Numbered from the stretch's first letter, positions 8,227 through 17,741 are shown. The stretch is DNA of 42,514 nucleotides from an uncultured Candidatus Bathyarchaeia archaeon (GCA_964484995.1 CAZAHF010000003.1:4400-46913); one strand, 5' to 3'. Made by a program: numbers and translations. The notes: generated by a model from the letters alone, not told the origin.

Positions 8227-8928
8227 ATGGTTAGGATGGAGACTGTTAAAGTTTTTGTTGATTTTAGAGAGAAAGATTCTGGTGTTCCATCTTTACTTTC
8301 AAAGTTAAGTGTTAATGTTGTCTACAAAAATTTGACTGTTGGAGACTATATTTTACCTAACAATTTAGCTGTTGAAAGGAAGAGTGTTGAAGATTTTCTT
8401 TCTTCCATGCTTTCAGGTAGACTTTTTGATCAGGCTTATAGGTTAGCTGAAGCTTACCCGATACCAATTTTTGTGGTTGAAGGAAATCTTCAAGATATAC
8501 TAGAAACATTCTCTAAACCTAAGGCAGTTTGGGGGGCTTTAGCTTCTCTTTCAATCCGTTATAGTATACACCTGTTTTTTACATCGAATATTCAACAAAC
8601 AGCTGAACTTTTAAGTGTTTTAGCCCACCAATCTTTAAAACAAAAGCCTGTTGAACCTATTATTAGAGAAAGAAGAAAAATTAGGAGTTTAGGTGAGTTT
8701 CAGCTTTATGTTGTTTCCTCCTTACCGGGGGTTGGATTAAAGCTTGCAGACCGTATGCTTAAAAAGTTTAAGACTGTTAGAGGAGTTTTCCAAGCTTCAA
8801 AAAGAGAGTTGATTCTTGTTGAGGGTTTAGCTAAAAGTAAAATAGATAAGATATGTGAACTTCTTGATACACCCTATAAGCCTCCTGAAACAAGTTTAAC
8901 CTACCAAAAACTTTTAGAAGAAACCTAA
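8227..8928 (+). CDS. xpf: XPF/ERCC4 structure-specific endonuclease (short crenarchaeal type)
   Basis: VDFRE, GDY, VERKSVEDF nuclease motifs plus C-terminal HhH2 (LPGVGLKLA); no helicase domain. Confidence 0.92.
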   Translation: MVRMETVKVFVDFREKDSGVPSLLSKLSVNVVYKNLTVGDYILPNNLAVERKSVEDFLSSMLSGRLFDQAYRLAEAYPIPIFVVEGNLQDILETFSKPKAVWGALASLSIRYSIHLFFTSNIQQTAELLSVLAHQSLKQKPVEPIIRERRKIRSLGEFQLYVVSSLPGVGLKLADRMLKKFKTVRGVFQASKRELILVEGLAKSKIDKICELLDTPYKPPETSLTYQKLLEET

Positions 8929-8929
8929 A

Positions 8930-9817
8930 ATGACTGTTAAAAAACTTTCAAGATTTAACTCTCCTAAATGGGGTTTTTGCACCTGCCCCCCAAAATATAA
9001 CATAAACCCTTACCTTGGAAGATGTGGACATGGTTGTGTTTACTGTTACGCTGTAAAGTTTCCGTCTTTTGTTGGCCCTGTTAAGCCAAGGTTAAATCTT
9101 GCTAAAGATGTTTTTAGGATGGTGGCTAACACTAAACCAAAACTGCCTGTTATGCTTAGTGACTCAACAGACCCATATCAGCCTATAGAAAAGGATTTAA
9201 GGTTAACAAGAAAATGTTTAGAAGCCTTAACTAAACATGGTTTCCCTGTTTTAATTGTTACAAAGTCAGATCTTGTTGTTAGAGATATAGACCTACTAAA
9301 GAAGACAAGAAGTGTTGTTTCTTTAACTATAACAACTCTTAAAGCTGAAATTACAAGACTAATTGAGCCTAATGCACCAAGCCCTGAAAAAAGAATAAGA
9401 GCTATCCAGTTTATTGTAGGTAAAGGTATCCCCGTTGTAGCTAGGATAGACCCTATAATCCCGTTTCTAAATGACGATGAAAAAGACTTTAGACATCTTG
9501 TTTCAACTCTTAGTAGTATAGGTGTAAAACAGGTTACAGTTTCAACTCTAAAACCTGTTAAAGGCTTCTTTACTCGACTAGAAAAAATTAAGCCTACACT
9601 CTCAAAAAAGCTGAAAAAGCTTTATGAAAATGGAAAGTGGATTGTTGGCTATAAATATCTTCCAGAAGACTTTAGATTTAAAATTATTAAAAAGCTTAGG
9701 TCTGTAGTTTTAGACCATAATTTAGAGTTTGCTTCCTGTAGAGAAGGTTTCCCTCAGCTTAACACAACAATTTGTGATGGAACAGCATACTGTCAGATTC
9801 AGGCTAGATTAGAGTAA
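8930..9817 (+). CDS. Radical SAM protein, SPL/COG1533-like
   Basis: INPYLGRCGHGCVYCYA (CxxxCxxC), SDSTDPYQPIE, IVTKSDLVVRDIDLL. Confidence 0.88.
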   Translation: MTVKKLSRFNSPKWGFCTCPPKYNINPYLGRCGHGCVYCYAVKFPSFVGPVKPRLNLAKDVFRMVANTKPKLPVMLSDSTDPYQPIEKDLRLTRKCLEALTKHGFPVLIVTKSDLVVRDIDLLKKTRSVVSLTITTLKAEITRLIEPNAPSPEKRIRAIQFIVGKGIPVVARIDPIIPFLNDDEKDFRHLVSTLSSIGVKQVTVSTLKPVKGFFTRLEKIKPTLSKKLKKLYENGKWIVGYKYLPEDFRFKIIKKLRSVVLDHNLEFASCREGFPQLNTTICDGTAYCQIQARLE

Positions 9818-9850
9818 ATTTTAAATGGGCTTTTTTAGCTTGTATTTTTA

Positions 9851-10234
9851 ATGGCTTTTCAAGAAATTCTTCAAAACGCTGTAAAAAAGTTTAATGAGAG
9901 GGTTAAAGTTAAACCTGAATATCAAAAGGTTATCCAAAAATATAATGGTAGAACAGTCACCCTCAACATTAAAGGTGATACCGCCTATATTTTCCATCTT
10001 TCATCTGACCGTATAACACTTGAGGTTTTACCTGAAAACAATGATAACCCAAAAGATATGTATGTTGAAATGGATAAGGAAACCTTTAAAAGGGTTTTAG
10101 AGGAGAGAAGACTTAACATTCAGGATCTTTTACGTGGAAAGATTAAATGGAAAAACATTAGCCTAAAAGATGTTAAAGAGATTAAGAAAATTCTTGGAAT
10201 AAAATCCTTAAACTTCAAGAAAAGTTTTACCTAA
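9851..10234 (+). CDS. SCP2 sterol/lipid-binding-like domain protein
   Basis: 127 aa; D-x-x-V-EMDKETFKRVL...LLRGKIKW pattern resembles SCP2 domains; recognition by eye only. Confidence 0.6.
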   Translation: MAFQEILQNAVKKFNERVKVKPEYQKVIQKYNGRTVTLNIKGDTAYIFHLSSDRITLEVLPENNDNPKDMYVEMDKETFKRVLEERRLNIQDLLRGKIKWKNISLKDVKEIKKILGIKSLNFKKSFT

Positions 10235-10289
10235 AACATGCGTGACAAAAACAGGTAAATATTTTTTCTAGCTTTACTTAAGTTTAGTC

Positions 10290-11279
10290 ATGGCTGCTAT
10301 TGCTAAAGCTCCAGCAAAAATAATTCTTTTAGGTGAACATTTCTGTGTTCATGGAGCTCCAGCTATAAGTATGGCTATAAACCTATATGCAAAAGTTAAA
10401 GTTGAAAAATGGAAAGAAGAAGGATTGTATATTTCCTCAAAAAATTTTGGTGTTTCAGCTGTATACCAAAATAAGGGTTTTTTAGTTAAGGAGGGTGATA
10501 TGGAGGAAGCTAAGAGGATTTTAAATCCTATAAGGATAGCTGTAGAGTCAACGTTAAAAAATAAAGGTTTAACTTTTAAGGGTTTAAAGGTTGAAGTTGA
10601 TTCTGAAATTCCTGTTGGGGTTGGACTTGGTTCTTCTGCAGCTATAACTGTTGCGACAATAGCGGCAACAGCTAAACATTTTGGTTTTAACCTTCCAAAA
10701 GAAGAGGTTTGTTTTTTGGCTTATGACTCTGAACGTTATATACATTTTAATCCTTCTGGTGTAGACCAGACAACCTCAACTTATGGTGGAATTATTCTTT
10801 ATAGGGTAAGTTCACCTGTTAAACATTTAAAACCTTTAAAACACCCTGTTTTTGTTATTGGAAATACTGGTATTAGAAGAGTTACTGGTGACTTTGTAAA
10901 AAAGGTTGGAAAACTAAAGGAAGAAAGGAAGGAGCTTTTAGAAAGCCTACTAAAAACAGCTGAAAACCTTGTTTTAGATGGTGTTAAAGCGTTAGAAAGT
11001 GGAAACGTAACCTTATTCGGAGAACTTATGAATAAAAACCATGAACTACTCTCAAAGATTGGTGTTTCTCATGAAAAACTTGAGTTGTTTGTGGATACAG
11101 CTCGTAAGGCTGGTGCTTTAGGCGCAAAACTTACTGGTGGTGGAGGTGGGGGTTGTATGATAGCCTTGGTTAAACCTGAAAAACTGGTTGAGGTTGCTAG
11201 GGCTATTAGAGAGGTTGGAGGAGAAATCTATATAGTTGAGACAGATTGGATGGGTGTTCAAAGCTGGGTTGAAATCTAG
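10290..11279 (+). CDS. mvk: Mevalonate kinase
   Basis: APAKIILLGEH, PVGVGLGSSAA (GHMP motif), PSGVD, KLTGGGGGGC. Confidence 0.93.
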   Translation: MAAIAKAPAKIILLGEHFCVHGAPAISMAINLYAKVKVEKWKEEGLYISSKNFGVSAVYQNKGFLVKEGDMEEAKRILNPIRIAVESTLKNKGLTFKGLKVEVDSEIPVGVGLGSSAAITVATIAATAKHFGFNLPKEEVCFLAYDSERYIHFNPSGVDQTTSTYGGIILYRVSSPVKHLKPLKHPVFVIGNTGIRRVTGDFVKKVGKLKEERKELLESLLKTAENLVLDGVKALESGNVTLFGELMNKNHELLSKIGVSHEKLELFVDTARKAGALGAKLTGGGGGGCMIALVKPEKLVEVARAIREVGGEIYIVETDWMGVQSWVEI

Positions 11280-11284
11280 AAAAA

Positions 11285-12097
11285 GTGGTGGTGTTAAGGC
11301 TGGCTTCTTTTTTAAAGATTCTTAAACTTGGAGGTTCTGCTATAACAGATAAAACAAAACCTTTTTCGGTTAGAAAAGATGTTGTTGATAGTTTAGCTAG
11401 GGAGGTTTTAGATGCAAAACCTAAACGTTTAATTATTATTCATGGAGGAGGCTCTTTTGGACATCCTCTAGCAAAAAAGTATAGGCTTGTAGAAGGCTTT
11501 AAAAATAAAACTCAACTTACTGGTTTTGCTGAAACTAGAAGAGTAATGATGATGCTTCACAAAATTATTGTTGACACTTTTACTTCTCACGGTGTAAACG
11601 TTGTTTCTGTCCCACCTCTAGCCTTTATAAGAACAAGAAACAGACGTATAAGCTTCTTAGATAAAACAGTTTTAAGCAGGCTTTTAGGTTTAGGTTTAAC
11701 TCCAATTCTTTTTGGGGATGTTGTGCTGGATGAAAAGCTTGGTTTTACGATTCTTTCCGGAGACCAGATTGCCGCAAAGTTAGCTGTTGTTTTACAGGCT
11801 GAGAGAATAGTTTTAGCAACAGATGTTGACGGTGTTTTTACTTCAAATCCAAAAACAGATCCAAATGCAAGATTACTTCGTCAGTTAAGCCTAAGTAAAC
11901 TAGGAAAAATTGTTAACGAAAAATCTAAACCTGAATTGTCTATGGATGTTACAGGAACAATGATTGGAAAACTTAAAGAGATGGTGCCTGCTGTAAACAG
12001 GGGTGTTAAAGTTTTTGTTGTTAACGCATTAAAAAGTGGAAGAGTTTCCCAAGCATTAAAAAGCTCTAAGATTGAGGGAACAACATTAAAACCTTAA
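11285..12097 (+). CDS. ipk: Isopentenyl phosphate kinase
   Basis: LKLGGSAITDK, HGGGSFGH, GDVV, SGDQI, DVTGTM; directly follows mvk. Confidence 0.92.
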   Translation: MVVLRLASFLKILKLGGSAITDKTKPFSVRKDVVDSLAREVLDAKPKRLIIIHGGGSFGHPLAKKYRLVEGFKNKTQLTGFAETRRVMMMLHKIIVDTFTSHGVNVVSVPPLAFIRTRNRRISFLDKTVLSRLLGLGLTPILFGDVVLDEKLGFTILSGDQIAAKLAVVLQAERIVLATDVDGVFTSNPKTDPNARLLRQLSLSKLGKIVNEKSKPELSMDVTGTMIGKLKEMVPAVNRGVKVFVVNALKSGRVSQALKSSKIEGTTLKP

Positions 12098-12528
12098 GCT
12101 TTCTTCTTAACCTCTACAGTCCCATCAGAAAAAATTTTTACCCAATCTCCAGTTCTAATAACCTCTAAAGGATTCTTATTTAACCTATCTACAAGTGGAA
12201 TGTTTGCTAAAGCACATCCAACAGCAATAATTGCCTCAGTTTTTATGTTTAATATGGCTGATGGGGCTGTACCATGTTTAGCCATGGCATAAAGCACATA
12301 AGAACCTACACTACTTCCCTTTCCATAGGGAAAAACAAGAACTTTTCTAGCTACGTTTTTCCCGTTTAACTCATGGTTTTTCTCAATAATCAAACCAGTT
12401 TTAGGGTTAACTCCACCAAAAAAAGATATAGGTTGACTTGTTACTAATGCTTCTCCCTCAACCTCTTTTGAAAGAAGGTTTCTACCCTTTAGAAGAATTA
12501 ACATTAAACGGTAATCCTCCTTAAACAT
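12094..12528 (-). CDS. Phosphomevalonate dehydratase small subunit (AcnX swivel, DUF126)
   Basis: ISFFGGVNPKTG, FPYGKGSSVGSY, IAVGCALANIP; start may be the ATG at 12504. Confidence 0.9.
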   Translation of the reverse strand: MFKEDYRLMLILLKGRNLLSKEVEGEALVTSQPISFFGGVNPKTGLIIEKNHELNGKNVARKVLVFPYGKGSSVGSYVLYAMAKHGTAPSAILNIKTEAIIAVGCALANIPLVDRLNKNPLEVIRTGDWVKIFSDGTVEVKKKA

Positions 12529-13709
12529 TCAAGTGTGTTTTCAAGTTTAACCTTTAACCTGTTTGTTGACGGTAGATAATGAGCAGCCTTACAAGAATCT
12601 GTATAAACAACTTCTAAACCCAACCTCTCTAAAGGTGAGACAACCATGCATGTATCACATAAAACTAATCCTCCAGCTTTTTCAACTAATCTCACATAAC
12701 CAAGCTTTTTTGCTTTTTCATAAATAAGTCTTGAAGTAAAAATCCAAAGCCTAGCTTTAGGCTTAACCTTTTTTCCTCTTAAAAAAGCTGCAACTTCTCT
12801 AAGTTGACTAAGACTATAGTGAGGACAGCCAAGAAAAACAGCTTCACACCGTTCATAAGCCTCAGACAAATCTTGAATTGTTTGTTTAACTTCCCCTAAG
12901 CCAACCTCAAACTTTTCAATGTCCTTTAAATTATCCTCAGAAAAAAATTTTGCTTCTGGGGTTAAGTTTTCCACATGATATAAGGCTATGGCTCCTGCTG
13001 AAGCTAAACCAGCACCTAAGACCTTTAACCAATCCTTACTTACTAAACCTAAACCTGAAAAAAATGGAACTTTTTCAGGAAAATTTTTTCCAACAAAGTA
13101 GCCTAAAGCGCTGATTTCTAGTTGATTTGAAGGCTTAAATTTAACCTTAACCCTAACATTTGGTTTCCGGTTTTCCTCTAGAAGATAACCATAATATGGT
13201 GTTCTTCCCGTAACTGCACTAGCTAAAGCTGATAAACCGCTTTCCCTATTAGTTTTTGCTCCTAAAACAGAGTTAGCATAAACCGTTGCCGAAGACTCAG
13301 CCCAAGCAACATAATCCCCAAATTTTGGTTTATTCCCTATTAGGTAGGGTATGCATGAACAGCTTAAACTTACACCCATTCTTTTAAAGGCTTTAAGCAC
13401 CTCAGACTGTTTTTTAGCAAAATCTTTGTCCAGACCAGTCTTTTTCCATCTTTTTCTATCCATACCTGAAGGGTTTAAAGTTGTTTTAACTCTCACTCTA
13501 ACATTTTCCTCAGCAAAACCTTTAAGAAGCTCTAAACCTGGTTCTCCAATGTTTTTGTAGGAGACACCTGAAACATGACAACTTTTAACTTTAACCATCT
13601 TTTCAGCTTCAAAAAGTTCTCCTAAAACAACAAGCAGCCTCATACATTTAGCTAACCCTTCACCATACTCACCGTTAAACATAAGTTCTTCTTCACGGGT
13701 TAAATACAT
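12504..13709 (-). CDS. Phosphomevalonate dehydratase large subunit (AcnX, DUF521)
   Basis: MYLTREEE, HVSGVSY, SCIPY, WAESSA, LGCPH, DTCMVV. Confidence 0.92.
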   Translation of the reverse strand: MYLTREEELMFNGEYGEGLAKCMRLLVVLGELFEAEKMVKVKSCHVSGVSYKNIGEPGLELLKGFAEENVRVRVKTTLNPSGMDRKRWKKTGLDKDFAKKQSEVLKAFKRMGVSLSCSCIPYLIGNKPKFGDYVAWAESSATVYANSVLGAKTNRESGLSALASAVTGRTPYYGYLLEENRKPNVRVKVKFKPSNQLEISALGYFVGKNFPEKVPFFSGLGLVSKDWLKVLGAGLASAGAIALYHVENLTPEAKFFSEDNLKDIEKFEVGLGEVKQTIQDLSEAYERCEAVFLGCPHYSLSQLREVAAFLRGKKVKPKARLWIFTSRLIYEKAKKLGYVRLVEKAGGLVLCDTCMVVSPLERLGLEVVYTDSCKAAHYLPSTNRLKVKLENTLECLRRITV

Positions 13710-13735
13710 AAAACGTTAAACCTCAATAGCTTCTT

Positions 13736-15076
13736 TTACCCTTTAAGCCTTCTAAGTAGTTTTTTAACTTTGTCATTTTTAGGTATGTTTACCTTTTCAA
13801 ATTTTTCTGGAGGCTTAGAAAGAGGTTTGGTTGCGTCAAACCCAACTTTTGTTGTTGCTCCTGTTTCCTGATTTGCTGACGGATCTAAGGTTGAACCTCT
13901 AACACCCCTAACCACAACCAGATCTTTATCTCCTTGAAACCTTGTAGCTAAAGCCCACTCAACCTCAGTAAGATTTTCAATGTTTATGTCTTCATCAACC
14001 ACAACAACATGTTTTAAGCTTGGATGACCTGTAAAAGCAGCCAAAATAGTGTTTTTACCATCCCCTTCCAACTGTTTTTTTATGCTTATAAAGGCATGAA
14101 GCCATCCACAACCACCATCTGTAAGCTTAACAGCCTTAACTGTAGGCACAACCTCTTTCACACTTTCCCATATTTTTGCTTCTCTAAACAACCCCATGAA
14201 TATTTTATGTTCGGAGCCAGCCGGAAGCAAAGCCTGATAAATACAGTCTTTTCTACGCATAACACTTAAAAGTCTAACAACGGGCTGAAGCCTAACAGCA
14301 TCATAGGTTTGGGTTAAATCTGCAAAAGGCCCCTCCTGAACATTCTCATCTAAAACTATTTCACCCTCAAAAACAATTTCAGCATCAGCTGGAACATTTA
14401 AATCAACATTTTCACATCTTGTAAGCCGTAGTTTACCGTTAAGTATAGCGTTAGCAACCCAGTATTCACTTAAGCCAAACGGTGCTGGTGAAGCGGCTGC
14501 TAACAATACTGCAGGGTGAACCCCAATAGAAATAGCAATCTCCAGTGTTTTTTTCCCTTCCTCCTTAGCCATCTCACAAAGCTTGTAAAGGTGACGTGGA
14601 ACAATCCTAATTGCAAGCTTATCTTCACCTAAAACCTGAAACCTATGAACAGAAACATTTTCAATTTTTCCATCTGGACTTTTAGCTGAAACAACTGATG
14701 AAGTTATATATGGTTTTTCTTTTTCATAGTGGGTTAAGATAGGAAACTTTTTTAGATTTGGTTTTTCTATAACCTCCTTTACTTCACCGTTATTATCCAC
14801 AACTGGTTTTATTGGGTTTTTTAATGCATTAAGAATTTTTTTATAGAGATTTTCTTGGTCTATATTTAAAGCCATACAAATCCTTTCTTTATCTCCACAA
14901 ACACCTGCAACAACAGGGAAATTTGATTCTTCAATTTTTTCAAAAAAAACTGCTTTTTTAGCTTCAAACTCTCTAATTATTGCTGCAGCTTCAAATTTTG
15001 CTGAAACCTTATCCTTAACCTTAACAAGCTTTTTTTTGTTTTTAAGTTGGCTAATAAATTCTCTTAAGCTAGCCAT
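13736..15076 (-). CDS. UbiD-family decarboxylase, probable anhydromevalonate phosphate decarboxylase
   Basis: RIVPRHL, EGPFADLT, VVVVDEDINI, RGSTLDPS; co-oriented with both AcnX subunits next to mvk/ipk. Confidence 0.88.
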   Translation of the reverse strand: MASLREFISQLKNKKKLVKVKDKVSAKFEAAAIIREFEAKKAVFFEKIEESNFPVVAGVCGDKERICMALNIDQENLYKKILNALKNPIKPVVDNNGEVKEVIEKPNLKKFPILTHYEKEKPYITSSVVSAKSPDGKIENVSVHRFQVLGEDKLAIRIVPRHLYKLCEMAKEEGKKTLEIAISIGVHPAVLLAAASPAPFGLSEYWVANAILNGKLRLTRCENVDLNVPADAEIVFEGEIVLDENVQEGPFADLTQTYDAVRLQPVVRLLSVMRRKDCIYQALLPAGSEHKIFMGLFREAKIWESVKEVVPTVKAVKLTDGGCGWLHAFISIKKQLEGDGKNTILAAFTGHPSLKHVVVVDEDINIENLTEVEWALATRFQGDKDLVVVRGVRGSTLDPSANQETGATTKVGFDATKPLSKPPEKFEKVNIPKNDKVKKLLRRLKG

Positions 15077-15134
15077 GTTAACAACATCCTAGTATCTGTA
15101 GGTAAGGCTAATAGATATTAGGTGTTTTTGTTGT

Positions 15135-15150
15135 AGAAAAATCTATAAGT
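15135..15150 (+). promoter_or_regulatory. Putative BRE/TATA for the C/D sRNA
   Basis: AGAAAAATCTATAAGT; TATAA at 15144-15148, about 25-28 nt upstream of the sRNA 5' stem. Confidence 0.5.
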
Positions 15151-15171
15151 GTTGGTGTTGTCTAAGATTCT

Positions 15172-15230
15172 GGGCTTTGATGAGTCAGAGTTGAAATGAT
15201 TTAGTGATTAAAAGGCATTTGTCTGAGCCC
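15172..15230 (+). ncRNA. Archaeal C/D box guide sRNA (dual guide)
   Basis: GGGC stem 15172-75; C box TGATGA 15178-83; 12-nt guide GTCAGAGTTGAA; D' ATGA 15196-99; C' GTGATTA 15204-10; 12-nt guide AAAGGCATTTGT; D box CTGA 15223-26; GCCC 15227-30 closes the stem. Fully intergenic. Confidence 0.9.
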
Positions 15231-15249
15231 TTCTATAACAAAAAACTGT

Positions 15250-16032
15250 TTATTCTATTGTTGTTTTTTCAAAAACCCATGCTGCTAAAAACGTAAATAC
15301 TAAGGTTGCCCCCAAAAGAACTGTAAGACTTAAAGCTAAAGGAAAGAAACCAACACCAGTTAAAACTTTTCTTGCAGCATCAACACCATAAGTTAAAGGG
15401 TTTAAAAAAGCCATAATCTTCATCCAGCTAGGCATAGTCTCAACAGGGAAAAATGCTCCACTAAGAAAAAGCGTAGGCATAGCTATGAAGGTTGTTAAAA
15501 GCTGAAATCCCTCCATACTTTTTATTTTTGAGGCTAGAGTTATACCTAAACATGTAAAGGTTAAAGCTGTAAGAAAAACTGTTAGAACAAGGATAGGTAC
15601 CCCTTTTAACAAAAGGTTTGGTGTTAGAAGGTAGGCTACAGCTAAAACTATGAATCCTTGAAGAACAGCAACAGTAGAATCCCCTAGGGCTCTACCAAAA
15701 ATTAGGATACTTCTTGAGGTTGGAGCAACCAAAACCTCCTTTAAAAAACCAAACTCCTTATCCCATATAATGGAAATTCCAGCCATAAAAGACGTAAAAA
15801 ACACAGCCATCAGAATTATTCCAGGTATAAGGAAAGACATATAGTTCATACTGTTAAATGCACGGTAACCTTGAAAAGTTAAAGCTGAAGTAAACCCTAA
15901 ACCAAAAAACAGCATCCAAAAAAGAGGCTGGGCAATCGAACCTACAAGTCTAGACCTTGCTCTAATAAATCTTTTTACTTGCCTATACCACATCACATAG
16001 GTTGAAACCAAAATTTCTTTAGTCTTAACCAA
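15250..16032 (-). CDS. ABC-2 type transporter permease (DrrB-like)
   Basis: Six hydrophobic segments; DKEFGFLKEVLVAP, FLSGAFFP, NPLTYGVDA. Confidence 0.92.
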   Translation of the reverse strand: MVKTKEILVSTYVMWYRQVKRFIRARSRLVGSIAQPLFWMLFFGLGFTSALTFQGYRAFNSMNYMSFLIPGIILMAVFFTSFMAGISIIWDKEFGFLKEVLVAPTSRSILIFGRALGDSTVAVLQGFIVLAVAYLLTPNLLLKGVPILVLTVFLTALTFTCLGITLASKIKSMEGFQLLTTFIAMPTLFLSGAFFPVETMPSWMKIMAFLNPLTYGVDAARKVLTGVGFFPLALSLTVLLGATLVFTFLAAWVFEKTTIE

Positions 16033-16042
16033 GATGTCTTCT

Positions 16043-17038
16043 CTACCTCCTTCTCATATGATAAATACGTACATGGTCCATGAATCCAGCTTCATGTTCA
16101 CGAAGACTTCTACCCGTAAAATGAAGAAAAACATCTTCAAGGGTTGGTTTATGGTATCTTACCTCCTCAATTTTAACTTTAAGCTTTTGGGAAACCTCAA
16201 AAATTTTTGGTATTGTTTTTGAAGCATCTTCAACTGAAAACCTTATGGTTGTACCCCCGATTTGATGGGCATCTTCAACAAAACCCATTTCACCTAAACT
16301 TTTAAGCATCTCTTTAACCCTAAAACTATCTTCAACCTTAACATAAACAACTTCTTTACCAATTTGACGGGTTAATTCTTCAGGTTTTCCTATCGAGATT
16401 ATTTTTCCATGGTCTATTATAGCTACACGGTCACAAAGCTTTTCAGCTTCATCCATGTAGTGGGTTGTAAGAAAAACCGTTATCTCATGTTCTTCTTTCA
16501 GCTTCTTAATATAATCCCAAACATGAACCCTTGTTTGAGGATCTAAACCTAGGGTTGGTTCATCTAAAAATAGGATTTCAGGGTTATGGATAAGTGCACG
16601 TGCAATTTCAAGTCTACGCATCATTCCTCCACTATACCTTTTAACTTGAATATCAACCCACTTTTCAAGCTCAATAAATTTTAGTAGTTCATCTATTCTT
16701 TTTTTAAGTTCATTTGTTTGCATCTTGTAAACTTTGCCATGAACCCAAAGATTCTCTCTGCCAGTTAGTTCTCGGTCTAAGGTTATGTCTTGAAAAACAA
16801 CCCCTATTCTCTCTCTAACCTTTAAAGGATATTTTACAACATCGTATCCAGCAACTTTAGCCATTCCACTTGTAGGTTTCATCACTGTTACAAGAATGTT
16901 TAGAGTTGTTGTTTTTCCAGCTCCATTAGGTCCGAGAAAACCAAAAATTTCACCTTTTTCAACTTCAAAGCTTACATTATCAATAGCTAGAACATCTCCA
17001 AATTTTTTCGTCAAGTTTCTTATTTCAATAACACTCAT
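16043..17038 (-). CDS. ABC transporter ATP-binding protein (DrrA-like)
   Basis: GPNGAGKTT, YSGGMMRR, LFLDEPT, TTHYMDEAE, C-terminal PTLEDVFL. Confidence 0.95.
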   Translation of the reverse strand: MSVIEIRNLTKKFGDVLAIDNVSFEVEKGEIFGFLGPNGAGKTTTLNILVTVMKPTSGMAKVAGYDVVKYPLKVRERIGVVFQDITLDRELTGRENLWVHGKVYKMQTNELKKRIDELLKFIELEKWVDIQVKRYSGGMMRRLEIARALIHNPEILFLDEPTLGLDPQTRVHVWDYIKKLKEEHEITVFLTTHYMDEAEKLCDRVAIIDHGKIISIGKPEELTRQIGKEVVYVKVEDSFRVKEMLKSLGEMGFVEDAHQIGGTTIRFSVEDASKTIPKIFEVSQKLKVKIEEVRYHKPTLEDVFLHFTGRSLREHEAGFMDHVRIYHMRRR

Positions 17039-17150
17039 TTCAAAGCCACTCTACAATTGCTCTTAAAGCTTACAAAAACCTAAAACAATTAAAAGTTTGC
17101 TAACCTACAAACCTTTATACGTTTACAGTAGCTTAACTGGTTTATGAAGA

Positions 17151-17741
17151 ATGAAAGAGGAAGAAGAAAGACTTCTAAAACTTGTTGAAGAAGCAAAAAA
17201 ATGTGTTAAATGTAGGTTACATAAAACAAGAACAAACGTGGTTGTAGGTGAAGGTCCCTTAAACAGTCTAATAATGCTTGTTGGTGAAGCGCCAGGATAC
17301 TGGGAAGACAAGCAAGGCAAACCTTTTGTTGGAGCTGCAGGAAAACTTCTTGATAAACTTCTAGCTTTAGCAGGTTTAGACCGTAGCAAAGTTTACATAA
17401 CAAATGTGGTAAAATGTCGTCCACCAGGAAACAGGGAACCTAAACCGGATGAAATTGAAGCTTGTAAAGGTTATCTTGATGAACAAATAAGCTTAATTAA
17501 ACCAAAAATCATATGTACCCTTGGAAATGTAGCTTCAGCATATCTTCTACAAAAATTTGGATTCCAATTTCAACCTATGGGTAGAATTCATGGAAAAGTT
17601 TTTGAGGTAAACCAGCTAAAAATTATTCCTCTCTACCATCCAGCAACAGCTCTTTATAAACCTCCAATAAAAAAAGTTTTAGAGGAAGACTGGAGACTTG
17701 TTGGAGCTAAAATAAAAAATCTTTCCTTAAAGTTTTTCTAA
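17151..17741 (+). CDS. udg: Uracil-DNA glycosylase family 4 ([4Fe-4S])
   Basis: CVKCRL, GEAPG, GKPFVGAAG, NVVKCRPPGNR, YHPA. Confidence 0.94.
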   Translation: MKEEEERLLKLVEEAKKCVKCRLHKTRTNVVVGEGPLNSLIMLVGEAPGYWEDKQGKPFVGAAGKLLDKLLALAGLDRSKVYITNVVKCRPPGNREPKPDEIEACKGYLDEQISLIKPKIICTLGNVASAYLLQKFGFQFQPMGRIHGKVFEVNQLKIIPLYHPATALYKPPIKKVLEEDWRLVGAKIKNLSLKFF

